This document shows, one piece after another, positions 51,781 through 62,779 of a stretch of DNA of 64,000 nucleotides. A model generated the notes under the pieces. The model worked only from the letters and a program-made list of their open reading frames with translations, searched no databases and was not told where the DNA came from. The translations under genes were made by a program, and so were the position numbers. The stretch is from Octopus vulgaris (taxonomy: Eukaryota). Numbering within the stretch: the stretch's first letter is position 1; each line of letters begins with the position of its first letter. The stretch covers positions 40,920,001-40,984,000 of the forward strand of contig OX597829.1 in NCBI GenBank assembly GCA_951406725.2, given 5' to 3'.

Positions 51781-52343
51781 AGGTTGTCAATTTACTAACT
51801 ATGGCCAATTCAGTGCGTAACTAATTATTTTGTGGTGATATTTTGCGTCATTCTATTAATTATATAAGCCTCCTCTTAAGTCAATAATCATAAGTGTTTA
51901 AGTCGAAACCATTCGGTAATTATTTTCTGTTTTTTAAAGCTTTTGTGTGTCTAGTATTAACATTGCGTCATAGGGTGGAGTTTGAGAGATATGTGGTTGC
52001 TCTTCTTAGAAAATCGAGCAGCTAGATCGCTTCGTCATGTATACATTGATAAAATATAAAACAAAGAAGATTGAATGTTCTCGATAAGCATCACTAAAGT
52101 ACTTGTTCAGGCTGAATAAGTATTTGGGTCAAACCATTACACATTAAGTGTATCGTATTTAAATATTTGAATAGCATACGCGCACGTGTCTTTTCGAATG
52201 AATGAAGATGTAATATAGAATTATAAAAGGGGGAGTGTTTTCAGTGATCACAAATATTTTGCCTATTTACAAAAAAAAAAAAATGTAATCCTCTTCGTCT
52301 GAACTTGCAGCTTTCTTATAACTGCAGACCTAGTTACTCTTTT

Positions 52344-52763
52344 GGATCTTTTCGGTTTGAACGGCAGTTTTTAAAATAATTTCCACGTAACTAAACACTT
52401 TTAAACTTCGTATACTGGTAGAATGTGTTTATAAAACATATTTTTCTCTTGGCTTTATTGAGAAAATTCTATAGTTTGTAAGATATCTGTTGTTGTTTTT
52501 CTTCAATTTCTGCAATTTCAACCAATCAATGACGTCTATTGAGGTGAAAACATTCTGTGCCGTATGAATATGTCCCTCGTTTAAGAAACAGATTGGGTTT
52601 ATTTACATTTCTGAAGAAAAAAAGAGACCCTTCCCTTCACCCCTAACCCTAACTAACCCTAAAACAGATTGAAATGCAATAGATCGATACTAGGGTCATA
52701 ATTATGGGTGACAATTTCATATGACACCGCTAGGAAAAACTGCCGTTCAAACCGAAAAGATCC
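52344..52763. mobile_element. TIR MITE, second copy (Merlin-like: GG..CC, 8-bp TSD)
   Basis: Same TIR as 45988; TSD ACTCTTTT (52336-52343/52764-52771). Confidence 0.85.
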
Positions 52764-52816
52764 ACTCTTTTACCTAACCGAGTAATAAAAATGAACCACA
52801 TGAAAATGATATATAT

Positions 52817-53036
52817 ATTTCTTTATTGCCCACAAGGGGCTAAACACAGAGGGGACAAACAAGGACAGACAAACGGATTAAGTCGATTAGATCGACCCCA
52901 GTGCGAAACTGGTACTTTATTTATCGACCCCGAAAGAATGAAAGGCAAAGTCGACTTCGGCGGAATTTAAACTCAGAACATAACGATAGACGAAATACCG
53001 CTAAGCACTTCGCCCGGCGTGCTAACGTTTCTGCCA
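52817..53036 (-). mobile_element. SINE family A
   Basis: Reverse copy, head slightly truncated. Confidence 0.88.
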
Positions 53037-53046
53037 TATATATATA

Positions 53047-53562
53047 CTAGCAGTATCGCCCGGCTTTGAACGGGTTTGTAAGGGAAATAACCATATAAGC
53101 ATTTTTAGAGAGTTACTTCCTTTATAGATGCCAATTCGGGCTTTCTTAGCCATTTCTGTTTTGGTGTCTTCAAGCCATGAAGTCGTTGTTCTAAAAGAAC
53201 GCTGGTCTCCTTGACAACGCATTACGACGTTGATTTCCTTACACTCCCTTCCCCACAGCTTCACGAGGGAGGGAAGAAGGGGAGAAGCAAACACAGGTGC
53301 AGGTGTTTGAGCGTGGACGCCAACTCCGCCGCCATCGACACACGAAAAATTATGCATTAAAATGGAATAAAAAATGATGTTAAATTATTTTTAAAATCGT
53401 AGACTCATCGTAGACGCGCGCTAATATCCAGACGGGCTCGATATTAATCACGACTATAAGATACCCGAATTTAGTTAAACTGCACCGCAAAATGTGGGAG
53501 TAGTTAGGAATCTAAATCGTAGGAGACAGACACTCACACAACTACAGTTTTATATATATAGA
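53047..53562 (-). mobile_element. Complete non-autonomous Helitron
   Basis: A|TCTATATATA...CTAG|T; reverse copy of 53863-54368. Confidence 0.88.
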
Positions 53563-53639
53563 TATGCGAATCGGAAGATGCATTACAATGCCGAATAGAG
53601 GTGAAATAGAGATGAAACGGAAGGTGAAATAGAGATGAA

Positions 53640-53858
53640 ATGAAAGAGGTAGAGTACGTCTACTTAGGTCACACAGTCAATATGCGCCGAGGTGTGTATA
53701 CTGGAATCTGTAAGTGAACAAGAGCAGAATAGAAGGCAATTTAACTTAATAAAGGATGTATTCCAAATAAGCTAGACAATGACATACGTGCCAGACTCTT
53801 CGATAGCAGCGGTCTTACCCGCGCCTCTTATATGCAAGTAAGACGTGGGTTATTACAA
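53640..53858 (+). mobile_element. Old RTE-type RT fragment
   Basis: EYVYLGHTV..RARLFDS..LLYASKTW. Confidence 0.6.
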
Positions 53859-53862
53859 TATA

Positions 53863-54368
53863 TCTATATATATAAAACTCTAGTTGTGTGAGTGTCTGTC
53901 CCCTTCGATTTAGATTCCTAACTCCTCCCACATTTTGCGGTGCAGTTTAACCAAATTCGGGTATCTTATAGTCGTGATTCATATCGAGCCCGTCTGACTA
54001 TTAGTGCGCGTCAACGATGAGTCTACGATTTTAAAAATAATTTAACATCATTTTTTATTCCATTTTAATGCATAAAATGCATCGTATGTCGATGGCGGCG
54101 GAGTTGGCGTCCACGCTCACAGCTGCACCTGTTTGCTTCTCCCCCTTCCCTCCCTCGTGAAGCTGTGGGGAAGGGAGTGTAAAGAAATCAACGTCGTAAT
54201 GCGTTGTGAAGGAAACCAGCGTTCTTTTAGAACAACGACTTCATGGCTTGAAGACACCAAAACAAAAATGGCTAAGAAAGCCCGAATTTATAAGGGAAGT
54301 AACTCTCTAAAAATGCTTATATAGTTATTTCCCTTACAAACCCGAGCAACGCCGGGCGATACTGCTAG
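53863..54368 (+). mobile_element. Complete non-autonomous Helitron
   Basis: A|TC...CCCGAGCAACGCCGGG..CTAG|T. Confidence 0.88.
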
Positions 54369-54471
54369 TAATATATATAAAAAATATATTGATATTTTAA
54401 TTTTATGTATACTTTATGGTGATCATGGCGATTAAATCCCAATCATCACCTCATCATCAGCATCGTCATTG

Positions 54472-54562
<91 letters not shown>

Positions 54563-54566
<4 letters not shown>

Positions 54567-54975
54567 CGCAGGAGTGGCTGTGTGGTAAGTAGCTTGCTAA
54601 CCAACCACATGGTTCCGGGTTCAGTCCCACTGCGTGGCATCTTGGGCAAGTGTTTTCTGCTATAGCCCCGGGCCGACCAATGCCTCGTGAGTGGATTTGA
54701 TAGACGGAAACTGAAAGAAGCCTGTCGTATATATGTATATATATGTATATATGTATGTATGTGTTTGTGTGTCTGTGTTTGTCCCCCTAGCATTGCTTGA
54801 CAACCGATGCTGGTATGCTTACGTCCCCGTCACTTAGCGGTTCGGCAAAAGAGACCGATAGAATAAGTACTGGGCTTACAAAGAATAAGTCCCGGGGTCG
54901 ATTTGCTCGACTAAAGGCGGTGCTCCAGCTTGGCCGCAGTCAAATGACTGAAACAGGTAAAAGAAAAGAAAAAAG
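54563..54975 (+). mobile_element. SINE family B (full length)
   Basis: GGCGCAGGAGTGGCTGTGTGG head, B box, and AAAAG-repeat tail. Confidence 0.92.
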
Positions 54976-54986
54976 AAAAATATATA

Positions 54987-55876
54987 TCTATATATATAAC
55001 ACTGTAGTTGTGTGAGTGTCTGTCCCCTTCGATTTAGATTCCTAACTACTCCCACATTTTGCGGTGCAGTTTAACCAAATTCGGGTATCTTATAGTCGTG
55101 ATTCATATCGAGCCCGTCTGAGTCTACGATTTTAAAAATAATTTAACATCATTTTTTATTCCATTTTAATGCATAATTTTTCGTGTGTCGATGGCGGCGG
55201 AGTTGGCGTCCACGCTCACACCTGCACCTGTGTTGCTTCTCACCCTTCTTCCCTCCCTCGTGAAGCTGTGGGGAAGGGAGTGTAAGGAAATCAACTTCGT
55301 AATGTGTTGTCAAGGAGACCAGCGTTCTTTTAGAACAACAACTTCATGGCTTGAAGTCACCAAAACAGAAATGGCTAAAAAAGCTGAAACAGATCCACAA
55401 AAACGGCAATTACCGCCACACAGGGCAGGTTTCCTGTGCAAACAATTTGCACAACCGAATGTTTTAGTTGTTGCACAAATCTTTATATATAAAAGTAAGG
55501 TTGTGTGTCTGTCTCCTACGATTTAGATTCCTAACTACTCCCACATTTTGCGGTGCAGTTTAACCAAAACCGGGTATCTTATAGTCGTGATTCATATCGA
55601 GCCCTTCTGGGTATTAGCGCGCGTCTACGATGAGTCTACGATTTTTAAAAAAATTTACCATCATTTTTTATTCCATTTTAATGCATTTTTCGCTATTATA
55701 TAAGGGAAGTAACTCTCTAAAAATGTCTACGATGAGTCAACGATTAAAAAAAAATTACCATCAATTTTTATTCCATTTTTAATGCATTTTTTGCTATTTT
55801 TTTGCTATAACTCACTAAAAATGCTTATATAGTTATTTCCCTTACAAACCCGAGCAACGCCGGGCGATACTGCTAG
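54987..55876 (+). mobile_element. Composite non-autonomous Helitron (two 5' ends, one 3' end)
   Basis: TC termini at 54987 and 55480, each followed by the same GATTTAGATTCCTAACTACTCCCAC body; a single hairpin-CTAG|T at 55876. Confidence 0.8.
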
Positions 55877-56290
55877 TGTAAATATAAGAGGGAATTTTTC
55901 TGGAGAACAATTCTTAGTGGTTAAGACCATGGCGGATCTTCTTCTAGCATAAGGGTTTCCACATAGTGGTTAAAAAATTCCCCCCTTATATTTATGTATG
56001 AAATACTATTTACTGAATCTCAGTTTTTTATATGCTAGAGCACTGGTGTTAAAATTGATGTTATCAAATTAATATCCAATTTTACACCCTCATTTTGATT
56101 ATATATATATAGTAGTGGTACAACAAGGTACCAATATTTACTGGAAATAGTAGTCGATACATTTACGACGCTATAGTAAAGCTGCACTGCGTACATACAG
56201 GCAAAGACGTGTAAATGCAGCAAACATGAAAAATTTTGTCTTACCTCTAGGAAGAACATGAGACAAATGGACAACCCAGAATCGGATAGT

Positions 56291-56359
56291 CCAGTACCTA
56301 GGTTTCGAACTCTTCAAATACGTTTGTCAACGTAAAATTGATTAGTCTTCATCAGCTAG
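56291..56359 (-). ncRNA. Type I hammerhead ribozyme with a long stem II
   Basis: CUAG-CUGAUGA-AGACU..AGUUC-GAAA-CCUAGG-UA-CUGG; palindromic ACCUAGGU stem III; GUA triplet. Confidence 0.62.
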
Positions 56360-56408
56360 TTTTACCTGGACAATATTTCAAATGTATTGCGATATTTTAT
56401 ATATATAC

Positions 56409-56774
56409 ATCTGTAATATAATACGTGACGATTATTCGGTTGCCACAATAAAACTCCGAGTTTCGGATGTCGGGGCGGAAATCTGCTCTGGCATCTCGTC
56501 ATTTATTAAGACAAACAAAAATGCTGCTATGAAAATCAACGTTAAACAAGGAGAAATTACTATGTAAATGACCGTTATTAAAACAAACAAAAGAGCTATT
56601 TGAATGATCGTTAAATAAAGGGAAAAAAAACCCGAAGGAGAGAAAGTTAAAAACGCTCATAGAATTCGCGTATGCACGCTTGTACATACATACACAGCAG
56701 ATTTCCGCCCCAACATCCGAAACTCGGAGTTTTATTATGGCAACCGAATAATTGTCACATATTATATTACAGAT
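56409..56774. repeat. 79-bp inverted repeat (56409-56487 / 56696-56774)
   Basis: Direct reverse-complement match with few mismatches. Confidence 0.8.
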
Positions 56775-56879
56775 AAATTCCGCTATTTACATAATCTAGA
56801 GGTCTCATTCATTCTGTTGTCAGACTATTACTATTAATATATGTATATATTCATTATTGACCGCTAAATCCACAAGTTT

Positions 56880-57029
56880 GTTTATTCTCTCTCTGTTTAT
56901 TTCCTCGTGTCCCTTTCTGTCGAAGAGAGTAGGCTCGAAACGTAAAAGACTTTCTCACCTTCCCGAGCGCCAAACTAATACGCCTGCTTGTTGTTTATAC
57001 ACCTGTTTTCGTAAATGTCTGTAAATTTC

Positions 57030-57040
<11 letters not shown>
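56880..57040 (+). mobile_element. Penelope-like pLTR fragment, family H1, with variant hammerhead at 56913-56948
   Basis: CTTT-CTGTCGA-A-GAG/CTC-GAAA-CG-TA-AAAG. Confidence 0.6.
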
Positions 57041-57064
<24 letters not shown>

Positions 57065-57065
<1 letters not shown>

Positions 57066-59990
57066 TAGCAGAGATACCCGGCGTTGCCCGGTTACATTCA
57101 ATTGAAGAATTAGATTTTTCTGTTATATATATATGGATACACACACACATACACCCCCCACACACATACACATATGTATATTGATATAAATACATGAAAG
57201 TACATGAAGTTTGTTAAAAAAAAAGGGGGGATCATGTATATACCTCCTGGCTGTTGAGATTATAACACCTCGTTGTAAACAATGTTCCTTGTTTTTCCTT
57301 GTGGAGCATATACAAAAAGGTTTCTTTTGGTTCCTACTCTTGAGCAGCCAACATACAGTTGTTCATGCGAGAAGCAGGGCTCTTCCAAGAGAAGACCAGC
57401 TACAGAGAGAGTTTGACCCTGAGATTTGTTAATGGACTTGGCAAAGCTGACACGATGGGGGAATTGCAGTCTTCAGAATGTAAATGGAATTTCTGCTCCT
57501 GATGGAGTAAGGTGAATTCTTGGAATAAAGACGTCATCACCTTTTCCACATCCAGAAAGAATGATCGCCTCGATAACGTGTGACATCATTTTCTTTATCA
57601 CCTGTCGTGTTCCATTGCAAAGTCTAGGTGGTTCCAGATTTCGGAGTAGCATTACAGGAGTTCCAACTTTAAGTGCTAATATGTGTGGAGGTAGTCCAGG
57701 AGGCTCCAGTGAATTGAGTAATTCAGGAGGATAGTTCCCAACTTCATTTATATCTGGAATTGTATCAACAGACTTGTAAGTGTGTATAGTGCCGGGAAGA
57801 GAATGCATTAGCTGTTGATTAATTTTGTTAACAGCGAAGTTTTTTTGAGCTAATATTGCTCTTTCACACAGCCAATCGTGATTTTGGTAGTTTTGTGTGA
57901 AGTTGGGAAAGAGTTTGTTTTTGAGGTCATCTACAGAATTAACAACAGAGGAAAATGACCACACTCCCATTTGTCCTGCAGCATCGAGAGGCACCTTGCC
58001 TTCAGCAAGTGTCAAAATGTCCTGTGCAAACTTTGTGGACATTTTGTCGCCGTGTAGCTGAGCTCTCATGTTAGTGGTGAGACTGAGGATTGTAACATGA
58101 TGCCACAGGGTAAAGGACTTTAGGCATGCTTGGACTTCATCTGCTCTAGTGCATTTCAGAATGACAGGAAGAGTTTGCCTGAAATCACCTGACAACAGAA
58201 GCGTTACACCTCCCATTAGAGCATGACAGTCTCGGATGTCTTTCAGGGCTCTATCTAATGCTTCCAAAGCTCCCTTGTGAGCCATAGTGTACTCATTCCA
58301 GACAATTAGATGACACATTTTAAGTACTTGTCCCTGATCTGAGCTTTTGTTGATGTTGCATGAAGGCATTTCGGATGCTGCTAAATTGAGATGGAGTTTA
58401 AAAGTTGAGTGTGCTGTCCTGCCACCGGGTAACAAAGTAGCTGCATTGCCAGAGGAGGCTACAGCTACTGCAATGTCCTGATGTTGCCTAACTTCTGCAA
58501 GGAGCTTTGTAATAAATGTTTTTCCTGTCCCCCCAGGAGCAACGAGGAAGAAGATTCGTCCCTCGCGTTGGCGTACACTGTTAAGAATAGTTCTGTAGTA
58601 AATATCTGTTACCATCATCCATTGTCCCGTAGTGAGAAGTAAGTTTTATTTCCCTGTGTTGGGAATGAAATGAGAATGAGATGTAAGGGGACAATGTTTT
58701 TGAGATTCCGGTTCGAATGTAAGGCAGGTTTGAAAGTGTTCCCAACAGTCATTAGTTGTAGCTTATGTCGAATATGTACGTATGCATGTATATATATATG
58801 TATGTATGCCTGTATATATGTACAAAATCCACTGAGAAGGCTTTTGTTGGTATGAGGCTACAGCAGAAGACACATGCCAAGTCACCACACAGTGGGACTG
58901 AACCCAAGACCATGTGTTTGGAACGTAGTTTGTTACCACACAGCCACACCTGCCCCTATGTATGTGTGTGTGTGTGCGTATGTGTGTATGGGTAAATATA
59001 TTATGCATGTATATATGTATATATATATATGTGTACATATTACATGTACATCTATATATATACATCTACACATAAAATACAAAATACAAAGTTATATCTT
59101 GATATCGCTAGTGATAACAATACTCAAAATATATAACAGACTGGAATTGTAAGCCCGTCTCTTGCAATTTCGATCAATTGGATCTTGTCCTCCCTCTTGT
59201 ATAGAAGTGTACGGCTGCAGCGAAATTCATTTTTGGACTTTCTTCTATCGAAGGCATTTTAACAAAAATGCTTCCGTAAAGACGATGAAAATATTGTCAA
59301 TTTCCCCAAACAGGGATACAATTCAATTTTTAAACAATAACCAAAGCCCCTTCTCCGAAAGGGGGAGGGTTACGGTTTACAATTATTTAACAAATGCAAC
59401 ACAACAATGTTTCCCTTACGAGGAACCAACAAACGTGATTACAATAGTCAAACAGTAATAATAATAACAACAAACCTTTTTAATTTATCCCCATTTATGT
59501 GAAACCACTTATTCAAGTTCAAGTCATTGATGCAATTTTATACGAATTGCTAATACACACACACACACTTAATAAGGGTGAAAAATTGAATATTAATTTC
59601 ATTAATATGAATTGAAAACCAGTGGTGTAGCATATAAGACCATAGCGGATCTTCTTCTAGCAAAATGGATGACCATTGTTAATGGTTCATCTCTGTTATA
59701 TAATACTTTCACTTTAATAGTTTCAGTATTAAAACGAAAGTGTCTGCATTACAATAGAGAGATGTTTTTGTTTCACTTTTAACCCGTAATACTGAAATAG
59801 TGGAGAAGATATGATATTGCTGTGGGGTCGCCCTAGGCAAAAAGTTAAATTTTTTGCCGATGACACTTCCCCGGACCTTAAGTAAGGCATGTGTAAAATT
59901 TGAATGAAATTGATTGTGTAGTTCTCAAGTTTTAGGGAAACAGACAGACAGACAGACATACACACATTCTCAGTTTTATATATAGAGAGA
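57065..59990 (-). mobile_element. Internally deleted Helitron retaining the helicase domain
   Basis: 5' A|TCTCTCTATATATAAAAC at 59990; 3' CCGGGCAACGCCGGGTATCTCTGCTAG|T at 57065; PIF1 helicase in the same orientation. Pairing of these two ends into one element is inferred. Confidence 0.72.
57260..58618 (-). pseudogene. Helitron PIF1-family SF1B helicase (no Rep domain, frameshift near 57475)
   Basis: APGGTGKTF, GGRTAHSTF, IVWNE (DE mutated), GDFRQTLPV, LTTNMR, LRNL..LCNGTR, then FSHEQLYVGCSRV in the next frame. Confidence 0.92.
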
Positions 59991-60299
59991 TATATTGATA
60001 TATATATATATATTGTTGTATTTCGGCATGGACATTTTTTTTTGCCAAATAAATACATGGACTATATATTTGCTCTTTACTCGTTTATTACTGCTCTTAT
60101 CTTAACTCATGTCCATTGTCCAGAAACCTTTCGCCACACGTCTACGACCTCAGCGAGACTTTTCATCTTTGTGTGTGTCCTTACTCTGCTTATTCCATGA
60201 GTGTCCTGGGGAGGTGACAGATGTATGACGAAAGATTTCTCAATTGACATGAGTTAAAATAAGAACAGAAATAATGAGTGAAGAAAGAATATATATATA

Positions 60300-60355
<56 letters not shown>

Positions 60356-60486
60356 ATTTGGCAAAAAAAAAAAATAAATGACCATCCCGAAATGCAAAAA
60401 TATATGTTTCAACACACAACTTCACATCAGGAATCTTGCAACACAAATTCATGAACTTAATGTATGTAGTATATCTGTGTGTGTCT

Positions 60487-60593
<107 letters not shown>

Positions 60594-60632
60594 GCTTGTA
60601 TATATATGTATTTATGTTTCACTTCTGTGTGT

Positions 60633-60691
60633 ATTCTACTGACGAGGTAAAGCATTACTAAATGCAAAGTCAGAAATCCGGGATCTAGAAT
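60633..60691 (+). ncRNA. Type I hammerhead ribozyme
   Basis: AUUCUA-CUGACGA-GGU..GCAUU/AAUGC..GUCA-GAAA-UCCGGGA-UC-UAGAAU: perfect 6-bp stem I and AUC triplet; the base of stem II is imperfect. Confidence 0.72.
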
Positions 60692-60740
60692 TATTATTAT
60701 TATTTTTATTATTATTATTATTATTATAATTATTATTAAA

Positions 60741-60797
<57 letters not shown>

Positions 60798-60879
60798 GCT
60801 GTTGTTGTTGTTGTTATTATTATTACTATTATTATTGCTATTATTATTATTATTTTTGTTATTGTTATTGTTATTGTTG

Positions 60880-60943
<64 letters not shown>

Positions 60944-60959
60944 CATTATTGTTATTATT

Positions 60960-61750
60960 TCTCTTTATCACAGGGGTTTTTTTTTAGCTCCTGGAGCCTT
61001 GCATGCATGGCGGGCTTGCTACTTGCAGCCTACGGTGCCATGCTATCAATTCTTTTCAGCTATCTAATACTTTCCTGATCCGGGCGTTGTGAGTGTTTAT
61101 TGAGCGAAAACACCTAAGGCTCCATGAGGCTCCGGCAGGGGGTGGTGATCCCTGCTGTACTCTTTCACCACAACTTTCTCTCACTCTTACTTCCTGTTTC
61201 TGTTGTACCTGTATTTCAAAGGGCCGGCCTTGTCACTTTCTGTGTCACGCTGAATATCCCCGAGAACTACGTTAAGGGTACACGTGTCTGTGGAGTGCTC
61301 AGCCACTTACACGTTAATTTCACGAGCAGGCTGTTCCGTTGATCGGATCAACCGGAACCCTCGTCGTCGTAACCGACGGAGTGCTTCCATCCACTTTCCT
61401 GATCATTCTGGCCGTGCTAAGGAGGCAAACATTTTGTAACAGTTCCACTGAGCACTCTATTCCAATTTTCTTTATATTCCTCTTGATGCCTTCTGATACT
61501 GTTCTCAAGGACCCAATAATATTCTTCCCCTTTTTCATTTTCCATAACCGGAATATTTCGTACTTAAGAGAGCTGTATTGATCTATCTTTTCATTTTCCT
61601 TCTTGACTGTTTGTGGGTCAAAGGGGGAAAGCAACGTCAACTACATAGCATATGTGGTGCATCTTCTCCACCACCACTAGGTCCGGTCTGTTATGCTCCA
61701 GTACCTGATCAGTTTGGGTTGGGAAATCCCATAGGATTCTGCTAGTCTAG
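60960..61750 (-). mobile_element. Dong/R4-clade LINE 3' fragment (restriction-like endonuclease) joined to (AAT)n
   Basis: ILWDFPTQTDQVLEHNRPDLVVV..VDVAFPFD..KENEKIDQY..LLSTARMIRKV(LDS*); the 3' end abuts the (TAA)n tract at 60691-60960. Confidence 0.85.
61081..61392 (+). mobile_element. SINE family D1 (5'-truncated), inserted in the Dong/R4 ORF end
   Basis: 12-bp TSD ACTTTCCTGATC (61069-61080/61393-61404). Confidence 0.9.
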
Positions 61751-61830
61751 ATACACACATAAAAGTGATACGTTCAAAAAGTATCCCACTTCATTTTTTT
61801 CTCGCCATAATCTTTCTTGCGCATGCGTGG

Positions 61831-62126
61831 AAGAGAGAGAAAATAGAAAGCTTCTGACAATGCGGAAAGTTTTATAAAACCTTTACATTTCAGGCGCAAA
61901 GACCCATCTTCAGAAGATAAACAATTTGAGAAATGCCTAGTTATGTGGGTTCCGTTAACCCATTCATATTCCTTAGCTTTAAGGAATTTGAATGGGTTAA
62001 TGGAACCTACATAACTGGACATTTCCCAGACTGTTTTTCTTCTGAAGATGGGCCTTTGCGCCTAAAATATAAAAGATTTTTTAAAACTTGCCACATCGTC
62101 AGAAGCTTTCTGTTTTATCTCTTTTT
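61831..62126. repeat. ~295-bp imperfect palindrome with a decayed hammerhead in each arm
   Basis: Centre ~61977 (CCTTAGCTTTAAGG); both arms carry CTGAAGA-T-GGG(T/C)CTTTGCGCCT-(G/A)AAA. Confidence 0.75.
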
Positions 62127-62779
62127 ACCTTCTTCGATATTACAATGCTTCAAGCGAACCACAAGGCTCTTAAGACTTATATATGTCTCTGTGTGTGTAC
62201 ATACAATATATGTGTTTATAAATATATTCGCATATATGTGTGTGTGCCTGTATATATATATACGGATATATATAGATACTTAGATACATACATACATACA
62301 TACATACATACATACATACATACATACATACATACATACATACATACATACATACATACAGACATACATACATACATATACATATCTGCATGGGTATGTG
62401 TGTATACGTGTGTATGTGTACGTATGTATATATGTCACCTGCTAGAATTAAATTATTTTGTGTTACATAATATTTTGATTCCTCTTTTTCCTTGCTCTCT
62501 TTTCTTCTTCGTATTCACGTTGCTCTCCTTTCTTTATCATATATTCTTTTATATATTTTTCTTGTAATTCTCCTTGGAATTTTTGGTACATTATTAATAA
62601 AAATCCCAATTAATTTCCTGGAATATATTAAATCACCTGTATCTTTTCTTGAAAGAAGACATGGGAAGAAGGGAAAGTGTGACAGAACAGGATGAATGTG
62701 AAATAAACGATAGTGTATATGTGTGTGTGTATATGTATATATATTCTGAGTGTTTGAAACATGTTGGTATGTGTGTATG

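Noticed and set aside
57473-58618. Host PIF1 gene
   Set aside because: Intronless, Walker B mutated, frameshifted, and followed by a Helitron hairpin-CTAG end.
59155-59205. Possible hammerhead (GATC/GATC-GAAA-TTGCAA on the - strand)
   Set aside because: The CUGANGA box and UH are not recognisable; at most a dead remnant.
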